IMG/VR virus record: IMGVR_UViG_3300024518_006178 | Span: 12,837 to 76,836 of that record | Strand: one strand, 5' to 3' | Source of the DNA: a virus | Length of the DNA stretch: 64,000 nt | Part shown: positions 26,486 through 36,687 of the stretch, one piece after another | Layout: each line of letters starts with the position of its first letter | How positions within the stretch are numbered: the first letter of the stretch is position 1 | Notes under the pieces: model-generated | Told to the model about the DNA's origin: nothing | Databases searched by the model: none | The model's input: only the letters and a program-made list of their open reading frames with translations | Position numbers and translations under genes: made by a program

Positions 26486-27454
26486 ATGGCTCTTAGAGCG
26501 CTTGATCCGAGGCAGGCTGGCGAATACGCCCAGGTAGCTCAGTTTGAGCTGTCTGACGACCCAACAAGGCAGGGCTATCTTGCCAATGTGGGCGTGCCGA
26601 CCGACCCACGAGACAAGATATTCGGGAGCATCGTGAGCCGCCTGGCTGGCGACAGCTTTTCGGCTACGACGCTCAGGCAGAACGTGATAAATCGGCGCAA
26701 CTCGACGTACAGGTCGACGCAGCTGAAGGAAGAGACGGTGGCGTCGCTCAGGATAGTCGCCGGTAAGACCGAGCCCAATGGGGATTACAGTAACTTCTCC
26801 AATATGGGCGGCGGCGTGACCATCTTTGGCACGGACCAGTTCGCGTTGCAGTCCGCTGCCGAGTCTGATTCTGAGCGCGTCCAGATTGTTGAGACCTTCG
26901 GCGAGCCGGTCGTGTTCTTCTACGGTCGCAGGCCCAGGGTGTTCAGCTACAACGGCTTCCTCTTCAATTCTGGGCAGACCCAGAGCCTGATCCCGGCAGC
27001 GAGCACGGATACCTTCCAGCGGGGGTCGGGGGAACAGTCCAAACTTTGGCGCGACAACTTCAAGATGGCCTACGACCTGTTCCTCCGGGGCACCAAGGCC
27101 GTGGAGTTCAAGGCCAGGTGCTACCTGACGTATGACCGTGTTGTGCGTGAAGGTTTCCTGATAAGCATGAACATGAGCCAGGACATTCGCCCCAACATGG
27201 TCCAGTTGGCCTTCCAGATGTTCGTCATGAGAGAGATCAACGTCGACTCCGTGATGGCCATGGCGACCAACACTCTTGACGGGGTCCCGGCACCGGCGTC
27301 TCCGGCGGATGCGGATCCGGAGGCTGTCGCCAAGCGCGTCAGCCAGGGCGGGCGCATCTACCTGGATAGCCTGTCCGACACTAATTCCGTCGAAACCGGC
27401 CCCGTGGACTTCCCGCTGCCGACCGTTAGCCAAGCTGGACAGGATGTGGGCTAA
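26486..27454 (+). CDS. Putative tail tube initiator/baseplate protein
   Basis: ERVQIVETFGEPVVFFYGRRPRVFSYNG motif; lies between tape measure and hub. Confidence 0.5.
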   Translation: MALRALDPRQAGEYAQVAQFELSDDPTRQGYLANVGVPTDPRDKIFGSIVSRLAGDSFSATTLRQNVINRRNSTYRSTQLKEETVASLRIVAGKTEPNGDYSNFSNMGGGVTIFGTDQFALQSAAESDSERVQIVETFGEPVVFFYGRRPRVFSYNGFLFNSGQTQSLIPAASTDTFQRGSGEQSKLWRDNFKMAYDLFLRGTKAVEFKARCYLTYDRVVREGFLISMNMSQDIRPNMVQLAFQMFVMREINVDSVMAMATNTLDGVPAPASPADADPEAVAKRVSQGGRIYLDSLSDTNSVETGPVDFPLPTVSQAGQDVG

Positions 27455-27468
27455 GCCCAGGGACAAGT

Positions 27469-29628
27469 ATGGCATCAGAAGGTCGCTACGATTATAAGCT
27501 CTACATAGAGGGCATCGAGGTACCATTCACCTCGGCGTCGATCACTGCCTCAGTGAATTCTGTTGGCCAGTGCACGATTAATATGCCGCCTGCGACCAGC
27601 CTCAGGCTCATAAGGCCCAGGTCCTTGGTGCACATCTTTTGGCTCGACGACTATCAGGGGCCTCTCCCCGGCGGCGAGTTTCAGGAGAGGTCTGTCTGGC
27701 GACTGTTGTGGGAAGGGGAGGCGATTGGCTACAGCTACAGCAAGTCAGCTGCATCCAGAAGCATGACCCTGACCTGTCAGGACATGACCAACTATTGGCA
27801 GACGACCCTGAACTACCAGCTATCTGCCGATCAGGCTGGCTACCAGAAGACGAAGAAGAATCTGGCAATTGGAGCAAAGAAGGCGGACGTGGTGGCGTTC
27901 CAGCCGATCACGCAGTTCTATAACAAGTTCTTTGAGGGCCGGAACTTTGTGGACGCCCTGCTGGAGATGCTAAAGTCGTTTACGGACGACCTGGTTCATT
28001 ACAGCGCCATCAATGACAGGGTGAAGCTCAACCAGAAGATAGACGTTGTTGAGGATCTGGAGTCCCGAGGACTGCTCTCGTCCCGGGTGGGGGCGGAATG
28101 GATCAGGGGCATATTCGGCAACCAGGGCGGAAAAATATCGCTGCTCCAATTCGTAAACACCCTAAAGCAGCTAATATTCTACGTGCATACGCCTGTCGTA
28201 GCGCCGCCGTTCAGGAAAGATGGCTCGTTCACGAGCACCATCTTGCTGCCGCAGATACACATGACGTTGCCGCCAAGATGCAACTGCTTCTTCCCTGACA
28301 TGATCACCAGCCTTAACTTCGGGAGGAACTTCCTCGCGGAGCCCACGCGCATGCTGTTGTCCACAAAGAACGTGTGGGCTCAGAATGAGCTGTTCAATTC
28401 GCTATATGTTGCCCCCGCAGTGCTTGGCGAAGCTACCGACAGCGTGGTCATAGCGAACAACCAGGGTGGCGCAAAGCTCACCCCAGAACAAGCGGTGAAG
28501 TTTAAGGGGGCGCAGGCCATACCGGCCCTGACAGAAGAAGAGGTAGAGAAGGGGATCATAGGCACTGAGGTGGGCCTGCCGTTTCCTAAATTCGCCGCGA
28601 TGACTGGCAGGGGCGACGTTAACGAGACGGCCAAGAAGGTGGCGGAATTTCAGTTCCAGCTTGCCCGCATCACAAACAGGTCGGCCACCATGGTGATGCA
28701 GTTCAACCCGTGGCCCGTTGTTGGTTTTCCGTGCGCCATGTTCGATGCAGTTCAAAGCTACTTTGGAAGCGTTGTGAATATCACGCACAATATATCCACC
28801 AGCGAAGGCTCGATGACCCATATCGACACCAATATGGTTCGGGAGATGATTCCATCGGACGGCACAAACTATGTCTATATGCCCGACTGGATAAACAAGA
28901 AGTATCACCCCGACAAGGTCGTCGGCCCCAATGGTACATACTCGACGCTCCTCGGCTGTGACGGCATGGTGCCTCTTGGCATTGATGATGCAAGGGCGGC
29001 GCTCGCCCCGGCGACGGTGGGTCCCCAGAGGCCCTCAACCAGTCCATTAAGCGGGAGCGTTATCGGGTCCGTCTTCGGCAATTTCATTCAGGAAGAGCAG
29101 TCGCTCCTCAACGCCCTCGGCTTCGCGTCAAGTGGGCAGTGGGACCTGACTGCGATAGCCGATCAGATATTCGAGCTGGAAAGGCCAAGCCTGATCACAG
29201 GCGAGACGCGCGCCCCGAGCGGGGAGTACGACAAGCGTGTCATCAAGGGGGATAGCTGGCAGTATTGTCAGGCGTTCATACGCAGGAGCTGCGCCACATT
29301 CAAAGAGGTGTGGTCGGGACTGTACGGCATGTTCGTGGAGGATGACGCCGACTTCAATCCCCCCATATCTGTCCCGTCGGATCTGTCATTCGACGCTGAG
29401 ATCTTCCGGGGCAACAACGGGCAATTGGAGTTCGTGGGAGATTCCAGGCTGTTGGGGACGCCGTTCGATTACAGCCCAAACCCGGATGACATACCGCCTG
29501 ACAGAATCGTGAGGCCCCAGAGTCGGAACGGACAAAACGTGGACGTAACTACAGCGGGGCACAAAAGATTCCCCATTTGGCTCTATCGACAGGAAACTGT
29601 TGATGAAAGAGCGATTGACGGGAGATAA
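27469..29628 (+). CDS. Putative baseplate hub protein
   Basis: YKLYIEGIEVPF N-terminus, beta-rich, VVNITHNI; position in the cluster. Confidence 0.55.
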   Translation: MASEGRYDYKLYIEGIEVPFTSASITASVNSVGQCTINMPPATSLRLIRPRSLVHIFWLDDYQGPLPGGEFQERSVWRLLWEGEAIGYSYSKSAASRSMTLTCQDMTNYWQTTLNYQLSADQAGYQKTKKNLAIGAKKADVVAFQPITQFYNKFFEGRNFVDALLEMLKSFTDDLVHYSAINDRVKLNQKIDVVEDLESRGLLSSRVGAEWIRGIFGNQGGKISLLQFVNTLKQLIFYVHTPVVAPPFRKDGSFTSTILLPQIHMTLPPRCNCFFPDMITSLNFGRNFLAEPTRMLLSTKNVWAQNELFNSLYVAPAVLGEATDSVVIANNQGGAKLTPEQAVKFKGAQAIPALTEEEVEKGIIGTEVGLPFPKFAAMTGRGDVNETAKKVAEFQFQLARITNRSATMVMQFNPWPVVGFPCAMFDAVQSYFGSVVNITHNISTSEGSMTHIDTNMVREMIPSDGTNYVYMPDWINKKYHPDKVVGPNGTYSTLLGCDGMVPLGIDDARAALAPATVGPQRPSTSPLSGSVIGSVFGNFIQEEQSLLNALGFASSGQWDLTAIADQIFELERPSLITGETRAPSGEYDKRVIKGDSWQYCQAFIRRSCATFKEVWSGLYGMFVEDDADFNPPISVPSDLSFDAEIFRGNNGQLEFVGDSRLLGTPFDYSPNPDDIPPDRIVRPQSRNGQNVDVTTAGHKRFPIWLYRQETVDERAIDGR

Positions 29629-29630
29629 TC

Positions 29631-30332
29631 ATGGCCAACCTCACTAGCGAACAGGCCGTCACCATATGGCGGCAATGGAGCATGGATAAGGATCCACAGA
29701 AGCTGAGTCAGCTGCTGAGCTATGTGCATCCGACGATCCAGCATCGGGTGGGACAGTTCGCCTCGGCTCCCGTGGCGAACGTAAACATCGAGGCGCAGGC
29801 CAAGAAGGAAGCCGTACTGGCGATGCAGAGCTTCGACCCGTCGAAAGGCGCGTCGCTTAGGACCCACGTGTCGAACAGGATGCAGAAGGTCTTTCGATAC
29901 GTGTCTCAGAGGCAGAATATCGGCAGAATTCCCGAGCACCGGGTCACGAAGATCAGCCTATTCAAGACGGCCAAGGATGAGTTGTTCCAGAAGTTCGGGC
30001 GTGAGGGCACGACCATAGAGCTGGCGGAGTACCTCAAGTGGTCGCCACAGGAAGTCGCCAGGATGGAGGCCGAGCAGAGGAAGGACCTCGGGCACTCCCT
30101 AAGCTTCCAGGACCAGGCCTTCACGGACTTCAGTCGAAACATGGAGACGATCAACTTTGCCTATTTCAGCATGACGCCGCAGGAGCAGTTGGTGTACGAC
30201 TACTCGGTTGGCGCTCACGGCAAGCAGAGAATAAAGGCCAGTGAGATCGCACGGAAGCTGGGGGTGTCCCCGTCCCAGGTGTCCAAGATCAAGCGGAAGA
30301 TCTCTGAGAAGATCATGAAGCACACGAGGTAG
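29631..30332 (+). CDS. Sigma-70-family RNA polymerase sigma factor
   Basis: Region 2 FDPSKGASLRTHV..R; region 3 GREGTTIELAEYL; region 4 HTH EIARKLGVSPSQVSKI. Confidence 0.85.
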   Translation: MANLTSEQAVTIWRQWSMDKDPQKLSQLLSYVHPTIQHRVGQFASAPVANVNIEAQAKKEAVLAMQSFDPSKGASLRTHVSNRMQKVFRYVSQRQNIGRIPEHRVTKISLFKTAKDELFQKFGREGTTIELAEYLKWSPQEVARMEAEQRKDLGHSLSFQDQAFTDFSRNMETINFAYFSMTPQEQLVYDYSVGAHGKQRIKASEIARKLGVSPSQVSKIKRKISEKIMKHTR

Positions 30333-30334
30333 AC

Positions 30335-32251
30335 ATGAGTCGCGTATCCGAAATCCAGAAAGAGGGCCGGGAGGTAGTTGATCGCCTCACCGAGCGCCTT
30401 CGTCAGGATGCGGCTACGATTGACGTGTCCAATAACGACCCGTTATCGCAGGCTGTCCAGGCCATAATAGCGCAGGTCACCGACCTCTCGAAGGCCACGG
30501 CCCTTCTTGGTGGTCTTATGGACGACTTTGGATCGGTTCCCCAGTTCGAGAAGAGCGTCAAAAATCTCGCGAATCTCGCCGTGAGCTCGATACTCAACCC
30601 TGGGTCCGCGAATCGTCTGGCAACAATGCTGAAGAGCGGAGCAGCTGATTTTGCGGCATCCGCGCTTAGGGACTCCTCCCTGAGCTCTGATTTGGCGGCG
30701 GTGACCGGAAGGGCCTCGTTTGGTGACCTGGCAAGGCCGTCACGAGCAAGGGGTAGCAGCGTATTGCACGGTGACGGCAGCACCGTGACGGAGGTCGAAA
30801 GGAAGAACTACGATCCGACCAGACAGGCGTTCAACACCGCCTTCGGCGTGGTCGGCATGTCGATGGGCCTTGCGCCGGTAAATATCGTGGGAGGTATATC
30901 TGCCGGGGCGATAAGCTTTAACAACCTCCTGACGTTCGGCGTAGATAAGGTGGAAAGGGTCCTGGATATTCAGCGACGAGTCATCGACTTGATAGCAACC
31001 CTGCCCGCAGAGTTCTTTGAGTCGAAGTTCGTCGATAATGTTCGCCAGGCGGCAAACTTCTGCCGTGATGCCGACGTGTCGCTCACCCAGGTGAGGTCGC
31101 AATTGATCTCCCTCGGGGCGTTCCCCAGGTCGACCTTTAACAACGCTAAGGAATCGATCAGAAAGGCCGACCAGGCCCTGGCCGGGCCTCCGTCAGAGAG
31201 TTTTCCTCTTGCCGAGATATTCGCCCTATTGGACGAGATGGAGAAGGCTCTTGTAGATTTGGAGGTTTGGCTGGCTGACACGGAGAATCGAACAAAGGCC
31301 ATACTGGATGGCCTCGTTCCGTTTCTTGCTGGCAGGGCGCTAGGCGCTTCCTTTGCTGGTCTCATACAGCTTTCCCAGGATAATCTGCGGGGTCTCATAG
31401 AGAACATGGAGGCCGCCCTGAAGCGTCCTTCGAAGGCGATAATAAACCCTCTGCTGCCCATATGGCGACTACAGCTTCAGACTCTGAACAATACCATGTG
31501 CGGTTTGGGGGAGTTCATCGCCACCTACCTGGACGAGGATCCAGATGGCTTTATTGGCGAAATTACGCTGGCCCAGGATGCTCTCAGGGCGCTGCCAGGA
31601 TTCGAAGAGAGTATAAAGCTGTTCATTTCGTCGCAGAGAGCCTTTATCCGGACGACGAAGAAGATACTTGATGTGAATACTGGCTTTGGGGCTTTGGCGG
31701 CCTTCGCCTCGCAGGGCATCGTATCTGCGACACAGAGCCTCAGCGACATTAACTCCATCAAGGATGCGCTCGATCTTTTCCCTATTCCCGACGCCTTGGT
31801 GGTGGAAGCTACGGAAACTTTAGCTAAAATGTTAGAGCAGTTTGGCTTCGATAGGGCGGCAGGGGCATTCAGGACAGGCGATTTTGACTCGCTGTTCGCC
31901 ATGAATGCGCTCACGGCCACCTTCAGCGGGGCGGCCCTAAGCAGGGTGACGGACTGGATAAACTGCATAGGGACCCTTCCGACGGCGCAGCAATCGGACA
32001 GTGAGTTGGCGGACAAGGTTCAGGAGGCCCTGTATCAGATTCGCCAGAAGGAGCAGCTGGCCGCTCAGACATTCAACCAGTGGAAGGTGAAGGCGGCCCA
32101 GAGGATCGACGAGGTGCAACTGCCGTTGGTGCAGAAGCTGGATGACGCCATCAACAGATTGACGAGCAACATGATAGGGACGCCGTGTGGCGAAGGGACT
32201 ACAGCTAAAGTAGTTGGGTTCCTTGAACAAGTTGGGGGGCAAATTCTCTAA
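30335..32251 (+). CDS. Hypothetical helical virion-region protein
   Basis: 638 aa ORF tightly packed in the operon. Confidence 0.6.
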   Translation: MSRVSEIQKEGREVVDRLTERLRQDAATIDVSNNDPLSQAVQAIIAQVTDLSKATALLGGLMDDFGSVPQFEKSVKNLANLAVSSILNPGSANRLATMLKSGAADFAASALRDSSLSSDLAAVTGRASFGDLARPSRARGSSVLHGDGSTVTEVERKNYDPTRQAFNTAFGVVGMSMGLAPVNIVGGISAGAISFNNLLTFGVDKVERVLDIQRRVIDLIATLPAEFFESKFVDNVRQAANFCRDADVSLTQVRSQLISLGAFPRSTFNNAKESIRKADQALAGPPSESFPLAEIFALLDEMEKALVDLEVWLADTENRTKAILDGLVPFLAGRALGASFAGLIQLSQDNLRGLIENMEAALKRPSKAIINPLLPIWRLQLQTLNNTMCGLGEFIATYLDEDPDGFIGEITLAQDALRALPGFEESIKLFISSQRAFIRTTKKILDVNTGFGALAAFASQGIVSATQSLSDINSIKDALDLFPIPDALVVEATETLAKMLEQFGFDRAAGAFRTGDFDSLFAMNALTATFSGAALSRVTDWINCIGTLPTAQQSDSELADKVQEALYQIRQKEQLAAQTFNQWKVKAAQRIDEVQLPLVQKLDDAINRLTSNMIGTPCGEGTTAKVVGFLEQVGGQIL

Positions 32252-32676
32252 TGAGTGACGATGTTAGAGTAGTGGTGCCGAACGAGTTCAATTACTTGAA
32301 GCGCACGAGCACCAACAATCCGCAGCCCGCCAGGGGGATGGAAAAGCTCGTTCAGGAGGTGTCAAAAGCCATCCTGACCGAACCTGGCCGGGACATATTT
32401 GCCCCGGAGTACGGCATGGGGCTGAGGCAGATGATGCCCGTAGCTGCACGGAGCACCTCCGAAGAGGGCCTGCTCGGCGACGTTACTATCGGCCTGTCCA
32501 GGATCGAGTCAAGCATAAAGGCTCACCAGTCGACAGAGAAGAACGAACAGGAAGAGATGTTGCGCAGTCTGTCTCTTCTGGCTGTCAGGTTTGACCAGCA
32601 AAACCTGAAGTGGGAGATCTGGATACAGGTCGCCAATCAGGCGGGGCAGACAGCAACAGTCCCGATGAATCCATAG
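32251..32676 (+). CDS. Baseplate wedge subunit, gp25/W-like
   Basis: KAILTEPGRDIFAPEYGMGL motif. Confidence 0.75.
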   Translation: MSDDVRVVVPNEFNYLKRTSTNNPQPARGMEKLVQEVSKAILTEPGRDIFAPEYGMGLRQMMPVAARSTSEEGLLGDVTIGLSRIESSIKAHQSTEKNEQEEMLRSLSLLAVRFDQQNLKWEIWIQVANQAGQTATVPMNP

Positions 32677-32686
32677 GGGTAAAAAA

Positions 32687-35143
32687 ATGGCACGTTTTGA
32701 GTTGCCGGTTCAAAATTTCCTGATCACGAAGCTTCGTGAGAACTTTCCCGATATTAATCTTCGGGAGGGGTCTGCGTTTCGTGACATGTTGGTCAAGCCA
32801 GCGACGCTGCTTTTCCAGCCCTTCCGGGATCAGGTTCAGATCTTGAAGCGGAACACCTCTATCAGCAACTTCTCGTTGATGCTTGACGATGAGTTCGATC
32901 AGCTAGTGTCCAACTTCTTTGTCGAGAGGAGAGAGGGGGACCTGGCGTCCGGCATCGTGCGCGCCTTCTACAATGTCGCTCAGGACTCGCTGATCAACAC
33001 GACGACAGCTTTTTTCACAGAGGATGGGCGGATATACAATCCCACGAGTCCGGTTGCGGTCACCGCTGCGGAGATGGCGCTGAATATAGAGGGCAACCTC
33101 TTCTTCGTGGACATTGCCGTCCAGTCTTCTGAGACCGGGGCGAACAAAAATGCCGATATTGGAGAGGTCTCGTTTGTGTCTAGTGGCCCTGCGGGGATTG
33201 TCCAGGTTACGAACAGCAATCCGATCACGGCGGGCACCAACAGGGAAACCAATACCAGGCTCTACTCGCGGACGAAAAGCTCTATCGCGGTCCGGGACCT
33301 TGTGACCAAGCGCGCCATCACGGCGGTTCTTTTGGAGACGTTCACCTCTATTCGCGAGCTGCGCGTCTTCGGGTTCGGCGATACCGAGATGGAGAGAGAT
33401 ATTTCCCCCGTTGCCATCACCGGGCAAGAGCAGGCCTCAGGCGTGGGTACGGGAGCTACGCCGCTGATCGTTGCTACCGATACGGACATGGACTCGACGG
33501 TTGCCTTGTACATATTCACCTCGGCGGCGGCAACGTTTCTTACGGATGGAATCAAGCGCGGCATGAGGCTCGATGTGGTCGCAATTTTCGGGGCCGCTGG
33601 AACTATCATAGAAGAGGTTGTGGACGAGAACACCTTGAGAACGTCGCAGCCTGCTGGGTCTACCATGTCAGGCCTGACGTACTCCGTTACCGACCTCTCA
33701 AATTCGGTATTCGAAGATCTGACGGCTGAATTCACTGAGCTTATGGAGGGGTCAGCCATAAGCCTTAGCGGCACGGCGTTCACGGTGCACCCGCTGCACG
33801 ACACGATTGTTTCGGAGTTTTTGAGCCCGACTCGACTGAAGCTGGGTGTGGGCTATCCGGAGGACGTGACCACGCCCGAGTTGGACTACACCATAACTTC
33901 CGTGGCCAACATAGAAAATATCCACACCGGTGGCAAGGTCGACGTGTATTTGGACACAAACAGCTTGGCCGAGAGCGACATTCTTGTCCAGGTACCGGCA
34001 GACCTGAAGGTCTGGGTCAACCGTATCGTTCAGGATGGCGAGGTCGTTCTGGGGGAGTCGACGCTCACAACGGAGATCTATGACTTCCTGGCCAATGGGG
34101 TCACGCTGGACGATCAGCTTGAGCTTCTAGAGGGCCCGAACGTGGGCGTGTATGACATTGACACTGTGGGTCAGTTTGAGCTGGATGTTGACATTCCGGG
34201 CGGTTGGCCCAGGGATGAGAAGGGCACGAGGTTCAGGATAATCCGGTCCTTCTACATTGATGGGGAGCCGTTTAATGTCCCCGTCATCAACGGAGTGTCA
34301 GGCGTGCAGCTTGACCCCGGAGACCTGTCAGAGCTGGCCGACCTGGGGGTCGGAGGGATTGTGGGGGGCACCGTGCTCGTCGGGGTGAACGGCCAGGGGG
34401 CCATAACCTCGAACATATTGGAAGACAACACCGTAGATTTCGTGGCCCTTGGCGTCGAAGAGGGATTCCGACTCGTCATGCCAGATCCTCTCTTGGAGCT
34501 TGGCGGCAACACGCTGGGGACGATAATCGAGGTAATCGACTCGAATAACATAAGGGTCGAACCGGCTACGGGCACGGGCACCTGGTCGTGGACCATCTCG
34601 TTCAATACTCAGGCGTATGAGATCCTGGATCCTCCGCCCAATGACTTCACTCTGGTAAGCGTGGACCCCGACACCAGGTTCTCTCCGCTACAGGACACAT
34701 ATTTCCTGTTCGACTCCCAGTGGGTGGGCAGCTATGTGAAGATCACGTATGCTGCGGACGCGACAGTCCTGTCGTCTCAGGATTTTGCGGATAGCGACGA
34801 CGAAAGAGTTGTCGCTGCCGACATACTGATAAAGCGCGCATGGCCCGCTTTTGTTGACATTGCCATGGAATACCGAGGATCCATCGAAGAGGTGGACCTC
34901 GAAGCGATCCTGGCCGACTTCATAAACTCGACCGATTTTGATGACGGTCTGGAGAAGTCCGACATAATCGCCTATCTCTACTCCTTTAACGTGAATTTCG
35001 CCACGACGAACTTCACGTGGAGCGCCACGGTGCTCACCAACGAGGATGCGAGCATATTTGTGACGGATAGCAACGTCCTGGAGATTCCACGCCTGGCGCA
35101 CTTCATCGCCAGGAACATCGAGCTCACGAAGACCGGAGAATAG
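32687..35143 (+). CDS. Baseplate J-like wedge protein
   Basis: GSAFRDMLVKP, VQVTNSNPITAGTNRETN..L..R; follows the gp25-like gene. Confidence 0.75.
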   Translation: MARFELPVQNFLITKLRENFPDINLREGSAFRDMLVKPATLLFQPFRDQVQILKRNTSISNFSLMLDDEFDQLVSNFFVERREGDLASGIVRAFYNVAQDSLINTTTAFFTEDGRIYNPTSPVAVTAAEMALNIEGNLFFVDIAVQSSETGANKNADIGEVSFVSSGPAGIVQVTNSNPITAGTNRETNTRLYSRTKSSIAVRDLVTKRAITAVLLETFTSIRELRVFGFGDTEMERDISPVAITGQEQASGVGTGATPLIVATDTDMDSTVALYIFTSAAATFLTDGIKRGMRLDVVAIFGAAGTIIEEVVDENTLRTSQPAGSTMSGLTYSVTDLSNSVFEDLTAEFTELMEGSAISLSGTAFTVHPLHDTIVSEFLSPTRLKLGVGYPEDVTTPELDYTITSVANIENIHTGGKVDVYLDTNSLAESDILVQVPADLKVWVNRIVQDGEVVLGESTLTTEIYDFLANGVTLDDQLELLEGPNVGVYDIDTVGQFELDVDIPGGWPRDEKGTRFRIIRSFYIDGEPFNVPVINGVSGVQLDPGDLSELADLGVGGIVGGTVLVGVNGQGAITSNILEDNTVDFVALGVEEGFRLVMPDPLLELGGNTLGTIIEVIDSNNIRVEPATGTGTWSWTISFNTQAYEILDPPPNDFTLVSVDPDTRFSPLQDTYFLFDSQWVGSYVKITYAADATVLSSQDFADSDDERVVAADILIKRAWPAFVDIAMEYRGSIEEVDLEAILADFINSTDFDDGLEKSDIIAYLYSFNVNFATTNFTWSATVLTNEDASIFVTDSNVLEIPRLAHFIARNIELTKTGE

Positions 35144-35145
35144 GC

Positions 35146-36183
35146 ATGGCGATTAGAAACCTCGTAGTCAACTACCCCACATCCACGACGAAGGGGGTCG
35201 TCCTGACGAACCTCATGGAGGCGCTTACCAGCACGGGAGCCTTCTCGGGTGCGGGTGCGGGCATGACGCTGGTGGAGGACAGCATTACGGGCGATGACTT
35301 CTTTGTCGTCCAGGCGGACCAGCCGACCGAGCCGCTCAGCCGGATGATATTGAAGGTTGAGTATGTGTTTGCTTCGGCGGTGGACTGGATTTGGGTCACC
35401 CCATACGAAATCTGGACTCCCGGTGCTCCGGGAGTCGGCACGAATTCTGTGAACTTTGTGGATCCGGCCCTCTCGCCCACCACCTCCCCTGATCGTCGCT
35501 CCCATCGTATCGACTTTACGAATGGCGGAAACTTCTACCTCGACTGTGACGATACGACAGGTCTGTACCTCGGAGTTCACTCTGAGTACAACCTCGCAGT
35601 CCCGGTCCAGAACACAGTGGGGCACAAGATTTGTGTTTGCAGCAACCAGAAATCATCGTTGTCAGGGAATCTGGGCGTCAACTATGGCGTGATTGGCGCG
35701 TCGCAGAACACCACCGGGACCTATTTCATGAACGTCCTTAATGCGGCCAACACCTTATTTTGGGTGCCGCCTGTGAATCATTTGGGTTTCGCGTCAAATG
35801 GTGGGTCGGCACTCTCTACCAGTACCGAGCGCGCCGCCTACATCTGCTCGCCTCCGTTTGCGAACGGAATAATATCGGGGAATAGGCAGACGCTTACCGG
35901 GCGTGGAGGCGTTGAGATTACCTTCGACACGTACAACGACGGCGAGCTTCTTTGGCCCATGCACATTATGAATGTCGGACCCCGGCACACGACGCCTGGG
36001 CCTGTCGGTATGGCCTACGGCTATCGCGGCATTGCCCACGGCCTATTTGGTTATGGTGTCGGTGCCCTGGTCGGATGGCGCAGCACGGTCATAGACGACG
36101 ACACATCAAGGAAGTTCTTCGTGTACTCTGGGGACGGATCCAGCGGCGTAGAGGCACCGAAATTCTGCCTAGAGAAGGTGTAG
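35146..36183 (+). CDS. Hypothetical virion structural protein
   Basis: Beta-rich ORF in the baseplate cluster. Confidence 0.55.
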   Translation: MAIRNLVVNYPTSTTKGVVLTNLMEALTSTGAFSGAGAGMTLVEDSITGDDFFVVQADQPTEPLSRMILKVEYVFASAVDWIWVTPYEIWTPGAPGVGTNSVNFVDPALSPTTSPDRRSHRIDFTNGGNFYLDCDDTTGLYLGVHSEYNLAVPVQNTVGHKICVCSNQKSSLSGNLGVNYGVIGASQNTTGTYFMNVLNAANTLFWVPPVNHLGFASNGGSALSTSTERAAYICSPPFANGIISGNRQTLTGRGGVEITFDTYNDGELLWPMHIMNVGPRHTTPGPVGMAYGYRGIAHGLFGYGVGALVGWRSTVIDDDTSRKFFVYSGDGSSGVEAPKFCLEKV

Positions 36184-36186
36184 ATA

Positions 36187-36687
36187 ATGGCTGACGATCA
36201 AGCTAACAACGCTTATGCGGCCTGGTCGGCGACAGTCGACAACAACATCATCGGGCTGTTTACGGGGACGACGACGCTTACGCCGGTCGACGACCTGCCG
36301 TCGGGCATACTGGAAGATGCGATTCCGCAGGGCCTCATTGCGCCTTATCGGGACGCAGTTCTGGGCACAATTTGGGAGACCGGGGATAGCGAGCCTCCGG
36401 AATTCATAGATCCAGACCCGCAGATCTTGTCGAAGGTGGTTGACGAAGATGGTAGAGCAAGATTTGTGGGCGAGGCTGGGCCTACCGATGCGCCCTATGT
36501 TACGATAAGATGGGAAGTAGACATGCAGCCCAGCATCAGAATATGCCTTCTAGAGAAGGTCAACGAGCTGATGCCGTTGCGCGAAACGATAGACGACACG
36601 ATTCAGCTGCCGACAACGCTTAGCTTGAAGGATGGGGTCGTACGCCTCACGGTGATTCCGCAAACAGATCTCCTAACGGTGACCTAA
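36187..36687 (+). CDS. Hypothetical virion structural protein
   Basis: Coupled ORF. Confidence 0.55.
   Translation: MADDQANNAYAAWSATVDNNIIGLFTGTTTLTPVDDLPSGILEDAIPQGLIAPYRDAVLGTIWETGDSEPPEFIDPDPQILSKVVDEDGRARFVGEAGPTDAPYVTIRWEVDMQPSIRICLLEKVNELMPLRETIDDTIQLPTTLSLKDGVVRLTVIPQTDLLTVT

Noticed and set aside
26438-27526. Long antisense ORFs (e.g. 26438-27526, 58313-59350, 13903-14814, 7627-8376)
   Set aside because: Shadow frames of real genes in GC-rich DNA; the opposite strand carries the coupled, motif-bearing genes.
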